Shown piece by piece: positions 25,716 to 38,319 of a stretch of DNA of 64,000 nucleotides. Location: assembly GCA_964016885.1 (NCBI GenBank), contig OZ024742.1, positions 86,304,001 to 86,368,000 on the forward strand. The letters run 5' to 3'. Position 1 is the stretch's first letter; each line of letters starts with the position of its first letter. The notes under the pieces were generated by a model. It saw only the letters and a program-made list of their open reading frames with translations. It did no database searches and had not been told where the DNA came from. The DNA comes from Eledone cirrhosa. Taxonomy: Eukaryota. The translations under genes and the position numbers were made by a program.

Positions 25716-26691
25716 ATGTATATATATATATATATAGAAAGGATAAAAAGGACGATTGATTATTTCTTCATTGCATTTATTGATAGGTGACGCGCGTTTT
25801 GCCACTGATCAGCTCAAGGTTCGATCTATATCTATCCTCTCTTAAAATGCTATAAGAAAACGAAATACATACTATGCGGTAAAGTCAGATTTTCAAGAGT
25901 TTGACAAAATGAGTTGTTTTGATTGGTGAGAAGGATCAAGGCGATGTACTGCCTGTAGTGTATATGGGGTGTGTGTGATGGTGAGATGTTGGTGACGGTC
26001 TGTGGATGAGGTGGGCTGTGGTGTGGTGGTGGTGGTTTGGCCTTGGCGTGTAGTGTATATGGGGTGGATGTGATGATATGGTGGTGGTTAAGGTTATTTA
26101 GTGGGATGGGCTGTGGTATGAGGTTAGTGAATTGTCAGTAGACGGGTTGGCGTGTGGGTAGGGGTGGGGTAGTGGTGCCTTTGTCTATGGTAGCGGCGTT
26201 TGTGGTGGTGTGGTGGATGTATTGGTGTCGTCACGTCCTTACATAGATACAAAGTTAGACGCTCTTCAATGACAGATACCTTGTATATACGTATACGTAC
26301 ACAAACATATGTATATATGTGCACATATATTGTTGTATAAACACACACAACATAAAACACATACGCACATCCTTGCCCACACATATCGGCATACGCTCAT
26401 ACATATCGGCATACGCTCACACACAGCCATATGTATATGTACACACATGTATGTGCATGCGCGCATGCGGTCACGAATATGGAGAGTGGGGGAGTATCAG
26501 TGGGGGTGGCGAACGACAGAGATGGGAGGAAGGTGAGAGGCGATGTAGAAGGTGTTTTACATATATACATACACATACACATACATACACATACACATAC
26601 ACATACATACACATACATACACATGGGTATGGGCACATGGACTCACACTCATGTATGCAAGATATACGCATACACACACGTATACTCACAC

Positions 26692-26730
<39 letters not shown>

Positions 26731-28007
26731 CACATGTACCGACAACACACACATACACGCACATATACACATACATGCACACATATGAGCTCACCTACAC
26801 ATACAGTCAGATTTACCCATATACATATATGTAGACGTACACATACACACACATACATATATACACACACATACACATATGCATACACATACACATATAT
26901 ATATTCATATATATACATACACACACATAGACATATGTATACACATGTGTTCACATACACACACACAAACATACACATAAATTTGCGTACACGCACGCAC
27001 ACTTAAAACGCCCGTATGAGTAAAATACTTACACACAGACACACACACACTATTGTTGGCTGGGGAGTGGAGGTATGTGTCGTCGGTGTTGATGAAGTAT
27101 GGAGTTGTGTTTTGTGGTGGGGGTGGTGGAGTTGTGAGGGACAAAAATATATATACCGGATCGAATACCGCTTAAAAGTTGACATAGGGAACGCGGGGGA
27201 AAAGCGTTTATGGACGTACGGCGATGTGTGTTGTGGACATGGTGATGGTGGTGGTGCTGGGGTGATATGTTCGGCAAGATGATTACATGAGCAGAGGTTA
27301 CGGTGTGTTATATGGTAGTCAAATGGGGGTGGGGGATATATAATACAGTCGATTTGGGAGCGAGGGATGATATGTGTTGATGATGTAATGATAATGATTG
27401 TTGAAGTATGTGGATGTATTTAGTGGTGGCGGTGGTTGTGCGTGCGACAGTACAGTTACAGTGTCGAATTTAGCGTGGGGTTGTAGGTTAGGGTAGATAG
27501 AGGGAACATGGGGGGATGAGGTTGTAGGCGTGTATGGTATGCACATGACGATGTGTGGTGTGGTGGTGGTGGCGATGGTGTGATATGATCGACATTGTAT
27601 TTACAAGGTCCCTTGTCATTGTGGATTGCAAAGTAGGACGTATCATATGGTACCGATTTAATACGATGTTGCAACTATCAGGTGTGTATGTTGATGTGAA
27701 TTTTGGTGGTGGTGATGGTGATGTGTGCGGCATGATATACAAATGGGGGCTTAGAGATGGTAACATGGAGTACAATACAATAAGTTCATTGAGGTGGGCG
27801 ATGTTGAGACGGGGTATAGGTGGTTATTAATATGGTGTGTCATGGTTAGTGTGATTTTTGGTGTGGGTTATGTATGCGGCATGATATACAAAATACGGGC
27901 TTTCATATGGTTAAATTCAATGCAATGAAATAAGATAAAGTGAAATTAGATTAGAATTAAAGTTCGTTGAGATGGGCGATGGTGATACGGGGCAGGTGTG
28001 GTTATCA

Positions 28008-28460
28008 TTATGGTGGGTCATGGTTAGTGCGTGGTCTTCCCGCGAAAGTTTGTGCAGATAAGGTGTGCATCCTAGTGTGTCTGCAATTGACAATTATGTC
28101 TGACCTATAGTTTATGGCGGAATCAAGTTTAATTATTTCCGCCGCCTCAGCTAGGCACAATCTGCAGTGGTTTCTGTTACTGGGGATGTATGCCACACGT
28201 CTTTTTACTGACCACGAGATCTGGGGTTCAATATTCCTGTCCTTGAGGTCCCAGATCAGATCGGCCAGTTTTGTTTGGGGTCGTTTCGATCTATGTTTGA
28301 AGGAGCTTTTGTGGTTATACCAGCGCTCCTTAAACGTAGTGGATGTCGCACCTATATATGAGTACTCCTTATTGCCGGCAGTGACATCGCACCGGTAAAC
28401 AATATTCTTAACGTTTAGTGGGCATTCGTCTCGTTTTTTGCAGTTGCATTTGGGAGTAAC
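28008..28460 (-). mobile_element. Naiad-type PLE GIY-YIG endonuclease fragment
   Basis: Translates as CNCKKRDECPL..NIVYRC..YSYIGATSTTFKERWYNHKSSF..CRLCLAE..CRH. Confidence 0.8.
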
Positions 28461-28499
28461 CGGTGCGGTGCAACGTTGGCGGTTGGTGTCGTGTGGTCA

Positions 28500-31400
28500 T
28501 TTATTTATCTATTTATATCTTTAATTATTGTCTATTACCGGATTTCTGCATGTATATGCATTATCAAATGATAGTGAAATGTATTAGTGTGGTGTCGCAC
28601 ATGTTAAACAGAAGGTGCAGAAAGAATAATGTTATATATAAACAAGATTTAAGAAGTGAAAAGAAAAAAGAAAAAGGAAAAAAAAACAAACAAAAAAAAC
28701 GGAAAAAAACCCTGCATAATGTGGAACGTAAAAAGTCAATGTGCAAGAAAAGTTAATGTTATTTACAAGCACAGTCATTGAAGTTAAGTAGTTCAAAATG
28801 TGTTAATATCGCAAGAGTGCTTAGTTGAACCATGGTTCCGTGAAGGAGGCAAATGGTGGACTGTGGTTTGATATGATTTCCATTTTTAGAGAGTTAATAT
28901 GCTGGGGCAAGCAATTCTTGATGGGTGATATTTAATTTATTTAAGAAAAAGGATTAGGTGGGGTGTGAGGGAGGTAAATATTGTAAATGTTTGATGGTTT
29001 GTTGCAGTTTTAGATTGGTCTGATTCTTAGGGCATTGAGTACTGGTTGAAATTTATTAATGAAATGTGTGTCCTTATTGGTGCGTTGGATGAAAGTAGCG
29101 TTGTCTATACATTTGTAAATGGGGAAAATGTTAAAGTTTGGAAGTTGGTTGAGAGCACAATTGGCGGTATGTTCACTAAATGCAATCTTTCTGTATTCCT
29201 GTATTTTAATTTGTGATTTAGGGACGGTCATACGTTGACGGAGGCTGTTTTTTGTCTGTTCTATGTAGTGCAATTGGCAACATGAGCAAGTCATAGATAA
29301 ATTTTTCAGATGCACATGTAAAGTTGTGTTTAACTGTGAAACGTTGTCCTTGTTTAAAATAGAATGTTGAACCTTCTATTAGATTTATGCATATGCCACA
29401 GTTGGGCCTTCCGCATTTTGTTACTGTAGGGTTTATTGTGAGGGTTTGTTGGATTTTGGCTTGTGTGAGGAAGTGTTTTTATGGATTTGGGTTGTCTTTT
29501 GCTCTTTATGATGTTGTGTGTTTGGAGGTTATTGTTCATTCTTGGGTCTCTTTTTAGTAAAGGAATGTTCTGGAGGATGGTGTCGAATGCCTATTTGTTG
29601 AGTGGGTTGTGTGTGGAGATGAATGGTAGAGTTTTTTGTTGCGGTTCACTCCTGAGTTTGGGGTCTCTGAATTCCTGGATGTCTATTTTTAGGGTACGTT
29701 GGAATCCATTGGTGATTAGGGATGGTGGGTAGTTTCTACTGATAAGTATCTTCTAGTAGTCTGTAGCATGTGTATTTATCTGAAACTATTGTGCAAATCC
29801 TTCTGGCTAGGTTATAAGGAATTGCCATGTTGGTGTGTCTAGGGTGGCACGAGTTCAATGGACGGTATTGTCTGGAGTCTGTGGGTTTGTAGTATATGTC
29901 TGTTTCCATTTTGTTGCTTGTTTTCTTGATGCGGATGTCGAGGAAAGGGAGTTGTTCATGGCTGTAATCCATTGTGAATTGTAAGTTAGTATTGAGCTCA
30001 TTCCGAAGGCTTTTCATGCCAGAGGATGAAGCAGTCGTCCAGATATCTCTTCCAGTTCTTCTCTATGTGTTGGTAGAAGTGGTTGCCGTATTTGTCTACA
30101 ACTTTGCGGTAGAGAATGGTTTCCAAATATCCCATGACAAGGTTGGCGTATGAGGGGGCCACTTTCGTGCCCATGGCAGTCCCAGATTTCCGTCTGTAGT
30201 ATTTGGCATTGAATTCGAAGATGTTTTCCAAGATGAATTTGAGTCCCTCCAACACAAATTCTTTGGGGATGCGCTGTGGAAGTTCACTAGGGAAATTTTC
30301 CATCCAGATTTGTATTGCCTATATACCTAAGTTGTGTGGGATATTGGAATATAAATTGATGACATCAAAGGTTAATAGTAGGGTATGTTCGTTATTGAGT
30401 GTTGTTGGGAGGTGGTTGAGCATGTCAAGGTCGTCCCTTATGAAGCTTTTTATATGTTTTAGGAAAGGTTTAAGCAGAATATCTCGGAAGTTGCTTTGGC
30501 GATGGGTTTCACATGTGGTGCCTGCTATTATGGGTCTTAATTTAAGGTCACCAGGAGGGGCTATATTGACGAAAACATCTGTGGCTTGCTTGCAGTCCCT
30601 GCCTATTACTTCGCTTTTGTGTGTCTTGGGATACCGTAGAAGAGGCTGGTTCTGCTTTTGAAATTGGTGATGTAGTTGTATTCCTTGTCTGTAAGGCCTT
30701 CTTTGTAAAGGGTTGTTAGGGATTTTAGGTTTCTCATTATTTTCTGTTGTGTGTAGTATTGGGCCTTTTCATAATATGTTAGGTTTTCTAGAGTTCGGAG
30801 TACTAGAGTTGTGTAATAATCTGTCTCCATAAGGACTACTGCACACCCTTTATCTGCCTCTTTGATTGTTAGGGTGTTGTCGTTTTTTAGACTAAGACCA
30901 TTCCATACTTTTTTGCTTAGGTTTGGTTTTTGTTTATGTCTCTGTAGTTGGTGGTATGGGTAATTAGTAATCTGTTCGCAGAATTGATCGAGGAATGTAT
31001 TCTTGCCTTTTGGTGGGGTGTAGTTGCTTCTATTTCTGGCTATTGAGTCATCCTCATTGTATTTGTTGTATAGTTGTTCGCTGAGTCTTAGTTTTCTATA
31101 GAATTCTGCAATAACTTCCTTCATTTCGGGGTAGTTTGGTTGTTGGGGAGTTGGTGTACATTTTAGACCTTTGGAGAGTACGTTGATTTGGTCTGTTGTT
31201 AATTCTTTTTAGGTTAAATTGACAATTTTTATTGCATTTTGTGTCTCCTGTGTGTTATGTGTTATCTTGTGATCCTGTGTCTATGTGCTGTGTCTAAAAA
31301 ATGATTACGGAAGTTGTGATGGCTGTTGAAGTTTGGATGTCTCTTATAGTTGTATTGGCTCCTGCTGTTGTTGTAAGATGGTGTGTAGTTGTGGTGGTTG

Positions 31401-31800
31401 TTGAGTCTAGGTTGTATCGTGTGGTTGTATTGAGCCATGCTGATGTTGGTGTAAGGTGTGTAGATTTGCTGGACGTGGTTATAGGGTGTGAGGTTGTGGT
31501 GGTTGTTGAAGTTGGGTTGTAACGTGTGGTTGTGTTGAGCACTGCTGTTGTTGTAGGGTGTGTAGACTTGGTGGTAATTGTAGTAGAGTTGTATTGTGTG
31601 TTCATATTGAATCCTGTTGTTGCTGTTATATGGTGTGTAGCTATGGTGGTTGAAGTTGTTAGGGTGTCTGGTGTGGTTGTATTGTCCCCTGCTGGTGTTG
31701 TTGTAGTAGGGTGTGGTAAGTGGGGGAGTGTAGATTAGGGTTTCCTTATAGCTGGTGTGTGGTTGTGAGGCCCTGTGTGACATGTGTCGTAGTTGTGTAT
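28500..31800 (-). mobile_element. Decayed Neptune-type Penelope-like element (RT + Cys-rich linker + GIY-YIG) with 3' UTR
   Basis: LSKGLKCTPTP, IKEADKG..VV, GTAMGTKVAPSYANL, WKRYLDDCF, LPFLD, YYKPTD, SCHP and C..C..YI motifs across frameshifted ORFs between 29010 and 31124. The 3' UTR recurs at 60113-60628. Confidence 0.88.
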
Positions 31801-31965
31801 TTTGGGTTCTATGTTGGAAGTAATGATGGTTGTGGGTTTGTTGTGTGGGGATCTTAGGGGGGTTGTAAGTGTGGGGGTGTTATGGTTTCTCCTGGTAGGA
31901 GAGAAGTTGTAGTGTCTATATTGTAACTGATGTTACGCTATTACTATATTAGTTGCTTGGGAAAG

Positions 31966-32027
<62 letters not shown>

Positions 32028-32031
<4 letters not shown>

Positions 32032-33461
32032 GACTTTGATAACTTTGATAGGTTTCGGCCAGTATTGGCCCAGGCCATGTCTAACTTAATAGCACCACCT
32101 GGCGAAGTCTTACAAATCAGTGTTTGGGCGCCATGGCCCTCTCGAGAGAGAGTTATTGTTTACGGAGGCATATCCGGGTGTAGAAGGCTTATCTGGGATT
32201 TCTTGAAGTAATTTATCCAAAGACTTCTTGAATTTGATCGGGTCTGACTCTGCTTTGATGTGTTTTGGAGTAATGTTAAAGAGTGCAGGGCCAACTGAGG
32301 TGAAATAACTGTACCGTATTGTTGTTATGTGATGCGAGTGGGATATTCGTCGTGGGCGGATAGCCTTGGATGTACACTAAAGGTGATGCCAAAATCATTT
32401 GGGCTAATCTGATGGAATATGTTCCACATCAAACAGATAATGTAGCGCTTACGGCGACGTTGAAAAGAATAAAGTTTGAGCTTTTCTAATCGACCCCAAT
32501 ATTCAAGGCCTGTCAGGCCAACTCTCTTTTTTGTAATTGACCACTGGGGTGCTTCAATTTTCATGATACTTTGTTTCGTGAGTGGTGACCACAGTGGACA
32601 ACAGTATTCAAGGTGGGGTCGGGCAAATGTGGAGAAGTTAAGGACAACAGTGTGGAAACTCTAGACTGGAAAGTTCTGATAATCCGCGAAGCACCGTCTG
32701 CGGGCCATATCGAATTTGCTGTTTATATGAGTGGCCCAGCTTATCTTGTTGTCCACAATTACTCCCAGGTCTCTGTTGTTATTGGATGCCACTAGAGTTT
32801 CAACCGAAGGAAGAGAGTATGGTAGTTTCAGGGCATCCTTTTTTCTAAAGTGGATTAGTTCAAATTTATCCTCATTCAACAGCATGTTATTTATCTCTGC
32901 CCATTGGATAACAGCCAGTAGGTTTGACTGAAGGCAAGTCCGGTCACCCACCTCATTGACGATCCTTTGGAGCTTTGAATCATCTGCAAAGATTCTGATG
33001 TTGCTGTGTTTGATGATGTCAGTAATGTCATTAATGTAGATGATGAGAAGAAGTGGGCCCAACACAATGCCTTGTGGGACGACACTGCTGACTTTGGCAG
33101 AGCTTGATTTTACACCTTCCACTACAACATGCTGGGTTCAGCCTGTCAGGAAACATTTGATCAATCCTTTATTGAATAGTTTTTTTCAGTAGAATCTTAT
33201 GATCAACCCTGTCGAAAGCCTTGCTGAAATCAAGGTAGATGACATCAGTGTCGGAGCCCTCTCCCAAGTCTCTCAAAACATCAGCAAAGTGATGCAGGAG
33301 CTGCGTTAGGCAGTCCCTTCCATTACGGAACCCATGTTGCTTGGAGTTCAGCAGGCCATTGCCTTCAAGAAAGTGGGTTATTCGTGATCTCACCATCCTC
33401 TCAAATACCGTGAAATCGGATAGTTGTTCACTGCAAGGGACTTATTTCCCTTTTTGAATGT

Positions 33462-33556
<95 letters not shown>

Positions 33557-33703
33557 CATATACATTCAAAAAGGGAAATAAGTCCCTTGCAGTGAACAAC
33601 CATCCGATTTCACTCACCTCTCATATTATCAAGGTATTGGAGAGGGTGGTGAGATCACGAATAACCCACTTTCTTGAAGGCAACGGCCTGCTGAACTCCA
33701 ACC
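32028..33703 (-). mobile_element. 5'-truncated CR1-group LINE with an inverted 5' segment
   Basis: QHGFRNGRDC, YLDFSKAFDRV, PQG.VLGPLL and FADD motifs; same family as 47450-49640. Segment 33560-33703 is an inverted duplicate of 33337-33460 around a (TA)n tract. Confidence 0.88.
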
Positions 33704-33751
33704 AATATATACATATATATACATATGTATGTATATATATGTATATATGTA

Positions 33752-33842
<91 letters not shown>

Positions 33843-33943
33843 GTATATATATATGTATATATGTATATATATATGTATATAAGTATATATGTGTATATAT
33901 GTATATATGTATATATATATGTATATATATATATGTATATATG

Positions 33944-34016
<73 letters not shown>

Positions 34017-34017
<1 letters not shown>

Positions 34018-34556
34018 TGATGGATCTTACTGGATCAACAAGAAGTCTCAGACCCCATTTGACGTTAGCATGGGAGCGAGTGACTCGGCTGAAATTAGCG
34101 ACCTCGTGGGCTTGTACATCCTACATCACCTGAAGAACCTCTTTACCGGCCTAACCGGAGCTTTATACCGAGACGACGGTCTCTTCGCCCTGCACAAGGT
34201 TAACCTCAGAACCACCGATGGGTTTCGGAGAAATTTAAGCTCGTTCTTCTCTAATCTATGATTTAGTATAACTATAGAATCTAATATGACTAGGGCCAAA
34301 TTCTTAGATGTCACTCTCGACCTAGATACTTCCCTCTATTGCCCGTACCACAAACCTAACGAGTCCCTTAGATATATTAATGTTAATTCCAACCACCCCC
34401 AAAACATCACTGTCAACTTAGTAAAAAGCGTCTCTATTAGAATCTCTGGCCTCTCTGCCAACAAAGATATGTTTAACGCCTCTGCCTCCTACTACAATGA
34501 CGCCCTAGCCCGCAGCGGATTTAAAGAAAAGATAACCTACCTAGAAACCACCGCAA
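34017..34556 (+). mobile_element. Internal RT fragment of the Naiad family at 43041-45182
   Basis: [35 protein letters not shown], nearly identical to the reverse complement of about 43754-44293. Confidence 0.9.
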
Positions 34557-34950
34557 GTCGAGCCAAAATTGGCCCAAACTGCTACTATAGTTCATAGTAA
34601 CGGTTCGGCTGCTGTCTTCTTAACAAAACACTCCTCACTGATTAACCTCGATGTCATGTGATTGATTCTTTTGAATTTGCCACCGACGCAGTAGGCATTT
34701 ATTTATTGAATAGCTTGGAACTTACTCCACGCTTTGATTTTTACCATCCACTGAATTATTTTTGTATAAGTTCCATGTGTCCTCGCATTGCCTGGAAACT
34801 TAGCTGAGAATAGACTTCCCTGATGACGAAAGGCTTCTCCGTACGTTTCTTCGGAAACTATGTTTATTCCCTTTCAGAAACTAATTAGTTGGAGTGAAAT
34901 TTTAGTAAGTAAGTTAATTTTTATAATTTTCTTAATTTACGTCTTTCATA
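34557..34950 (+). mobile_element. Non-coding repeat with hammerhead-like motif (family H3)
   Basis: Diverged homologue on the minus strand at 45755-46160. Motif at 34814-34895. Confidence 0.65.
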
Positions 34951-35414
34951 TATATATATATATATATATATGTAGTATATATATATATGTATATATATAT
35001 ATCCGAGAGAGATGAACCCTTAGCCCTTGTCAAGGCAGAATTCTAGGAGAAGGAAAACTCTGATATAACACCTGCAACTCTGATAGTATCCAATGATGTT
35101 GACTTGTTCTACTTTTTGTGTAAATATCATCTTGGTTAAGAGAGTGGGACAGGCTTATTGCAGTGCCTTTGCTCACTATAAAAGCTTCACGGCACAGGCA
35201 TTGCTTTATATCTGGAGATCTCTCTGCACTTATCGTCACATGGTACCATGGGCCCAGCACTATGTGTCAATAATTGTCAAAAGTGTAGTGTTTCTACCAG
35301 AGTTTTCAAGTCACTGGCTGGACTAAAAAGTTACAATCGTTCAGCGCATCGGTAGGGGTTCTCCTACATGGATATAAAGTAGTGGCCGTACTCGAAAACC
35401 AATTGGCAGCCACC

Positions 35415-35569
<155 letters not shown>

Positions 35570-35596
35570 TAACCATATATATATATATTGGTAAAC

Positions 35597-35630
<34 letters not shown>

Positions 35631-35718
35631 CTGGAAAGTTATATTTAAATTGTTGGATTACAACTAGTAAATATTTATAACTGATATAAAAGCACTCGAC
35701 AAGTATTTGGAGTATATT

Positions 35719-36057
35719 TACAATATTAAATAAATGGAAACTATATTTATAAAACCATATTTATTTCATTATATATATTTCAGGGATATCATATTAACAA
35801 TATGCTATGCCTTCCTCAGACAAAATACAATATAAACAGTTTTATAGACAAATAGATTCGACATACCGTAATAATTCAACTTTTTCAAATACAAATCGAT
35901 GTTATTACGGTATGTCGAATCTATTTGTCTATAAAACTGTTTATATTGTATTTTGTCTGAGGAAGGCATAGCATATTGTTAATATGATATCCCTGAAATA
36001 TATATAATGAAATAAATATGGTTTTATAAATATAGTTTCCATTTATTTAATATTGTA
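35719..36057. repeat. 156-bp perfect inverted repeat (27-bp spacer), each arm carrying a hammerhead
   Basis: Arms 35719-35874 and 35902-36057 are reverse complements. Confidence 0.92.
35949..36014 (+). ncRNA. Type I hammerhead ribozyme candidate (mirror copy at 35762-35827, minus strand)
   Basis: Stem I TATTTTGT/ATGAAATA, CTGAGGA, stem II AGG..CATATT-GTT-AATATG..CCT, GAAA, palindromic TATATA stem III, UA cleavage site, then AATAAA. Confidence 0.75.
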
Positions 36058-36090
36058 TATGTATATATCTGTATATATATGAAATGAAGT

Positions 36091-36680
36091 ATGTGTGTGT
36101 GTGTGTGTGTGCCTGTGTGTCTGTGTATTACCTATAGGGGCCTACATCTTACGACCGATATTCATGAAACTTTACCGGCTAATCATCGGGGAGTGTTTTC
36201 TATATATATCAGCGTATCTGTTTCTGTTAATTCCGGGGTCATTCTGCAGATAAAAATCGATAGGGGTGTCACCTTTTTTTAGGTATCGACAAATAAGATC
36301 TTTGGCTCTAGAAACCACATTTTGACACCGATTTCGTTACAAATTTTACAACAAAATGGAATTTTTCTTTGCTCATCCTGTAATGACTTTATATTTTGAA
36401 TATTTTTTTGTTCAGAGCGACGTGGCAGACGCATTAATATTCGAAAATACCACGTTTTCTCTCAAATTTCCGCGTTTTCGGCTCTAGCTGTAACAATTTT
36501 CAACCGATCTCGTTCAAATTCGAGACTCCCTCCCCCATCATGAGGGTCATAGGCACCCTCTCCCGCAAGGGCTGTATGTAGCCGTAATTGAGTCATCGAG
36601 AAGCAGTCGCTAAGATCAACACTTTTTCATCAAAGCAGATATTATTTTACTTACCCAGGCAACGCTAGGTTCTGCTGATA
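36091..36680 (+). mobile_element. Helentron-associated (HINE/DINE-1-like) non-autonomous element
   Basis: GT/GTCT microsatellite near the start, three CCGAT(t/c)TC.T..AAA(t/c)T core repeats (about 36155, 36328, 36505) and a terminal hairpin CCCAGGCAACGCTAGG followed by TCTGCTGATAG. Confidence 0.55.
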
Positions 36681-36698
36681 GGACATATATATGTATAA

Positions 36699-36739
<41 letters not shown>

Positions 36740-36742
<3 letters not shown>

Positions 36743-36870
36743 GTTATTCCGGGTTGAATTGGAGGTAATCACAGTAAGTAAGGTACTCAATACATTGCAG
36801 AGTATAACAGTTTTAATATAGATGAGATTCTACAGGATTAGAACTGTAGAATCTCATCTATATTAAAACT
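36740..36870 (-). mobile_element. Solo 3' end of the Naiad pseudo-LTR with a 27-bp snap-back hairpin, inside (TA)n
   Basis: Matches 38962-39068. Arms 36809-36835 and 36844-36870. Confidence 0.9.
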
Positions 36871-36886
36871 ATATATATAAATATAA

Positions 36887-37013
<127 letters not shown>

Positions 37014-37392
37014 AATGGAATAGAATGAAACGAAATTTCATTTCTCACTCTTAGTACGGCACTTACTTAAATGTATACATATATATATGTATACGTATAT
37101 ATGTGTACGTATATCTATATGTATACGTATATGTATATGTATACGTATACATATATATATATGTATACGTCTGTATACATATATGTATGTACGTATGCAT
37201 ACATACGTACATTGCAGTAAGTGCCGTACTAAGAGTGAGAAATGAAATTTCGTTTCATTCTATTCCATTTATCGGCTTCAGTGCGCCCGGCCGACTGACC
37301 TCACTCGATATGCAAATTAGGCTGCTCAACCGTTAATATGCATAAGGAAAGTATATACTTTCAGACGTTCAACCATCTGGAAGGAAGGTATA

Positions 37393-37433
37393 CAATGCTG
37401 ACGATAGCTAATCAGCTTGAAACTAGTACATCG
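37393..37433 (+). ncRNA. Minimal type I hammerhead candidate with U.U at 10.1-11.1
   Basis: CAATG-CTGACGA-T-AGCT-AATC-AGCT-T-GAAA-CTAG-TA-CATCG. Confidence 0.7.
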
Positions 37434-37630
37434 TTACTGTGTCAGTGTTGGACAAAAAGGTGACGTGGTTGCCTAAACAAACCGAGCATTATAATAAATG
37501 TTCGGTAAACCGATACGTGCATATATATATGTGTGCATGTAAGTATATATATACATACTACTGTACGTCTGTATACATATATGTATGTACGTATACATAC
37601 ATACTTACATATATATATGTATATACATAT

Positions 37631-37665
<35 letters not shown>

Positions 37666-37703
37666 GGAAATGTGATAAGGAACCAGATGGACCATAATAT
37701 GGA

Positions 37704-37792
<89 letters not shown>

Positions 37793-38245
37793 TATATGGT
37801 CCATATTATGGTCTATCTGGTTCCTTACCACATTTCGTTTGTTATATATATATATATGTATATATACATATATATATATATGTATATATATATGTATACA
37901 TATATATATGTATATATATATATATGTTTATATATGTATATATATATATATGTATATATATATATGTATATATATATGTATATATATGTATGTATATATA
38001 TATGTATACACATTTATATATCTATATATAAGTATATATATATATGTATATATATATGTATATATATGTATATATATAGATGTACATATAAATATATATA
38101 TGTATATATATATGTATATATATATATGTATATATATATGCATATTTATATACATATATGTATATATATATGTGTATATATATGTATATATATATATGCA
38201 TATATATATATGTATATATATGTATATATATATATGTATAAGAGA

Positions 38246-38316
<71 letters not shown>

Positions 38317-38319
<3 letters not shown>

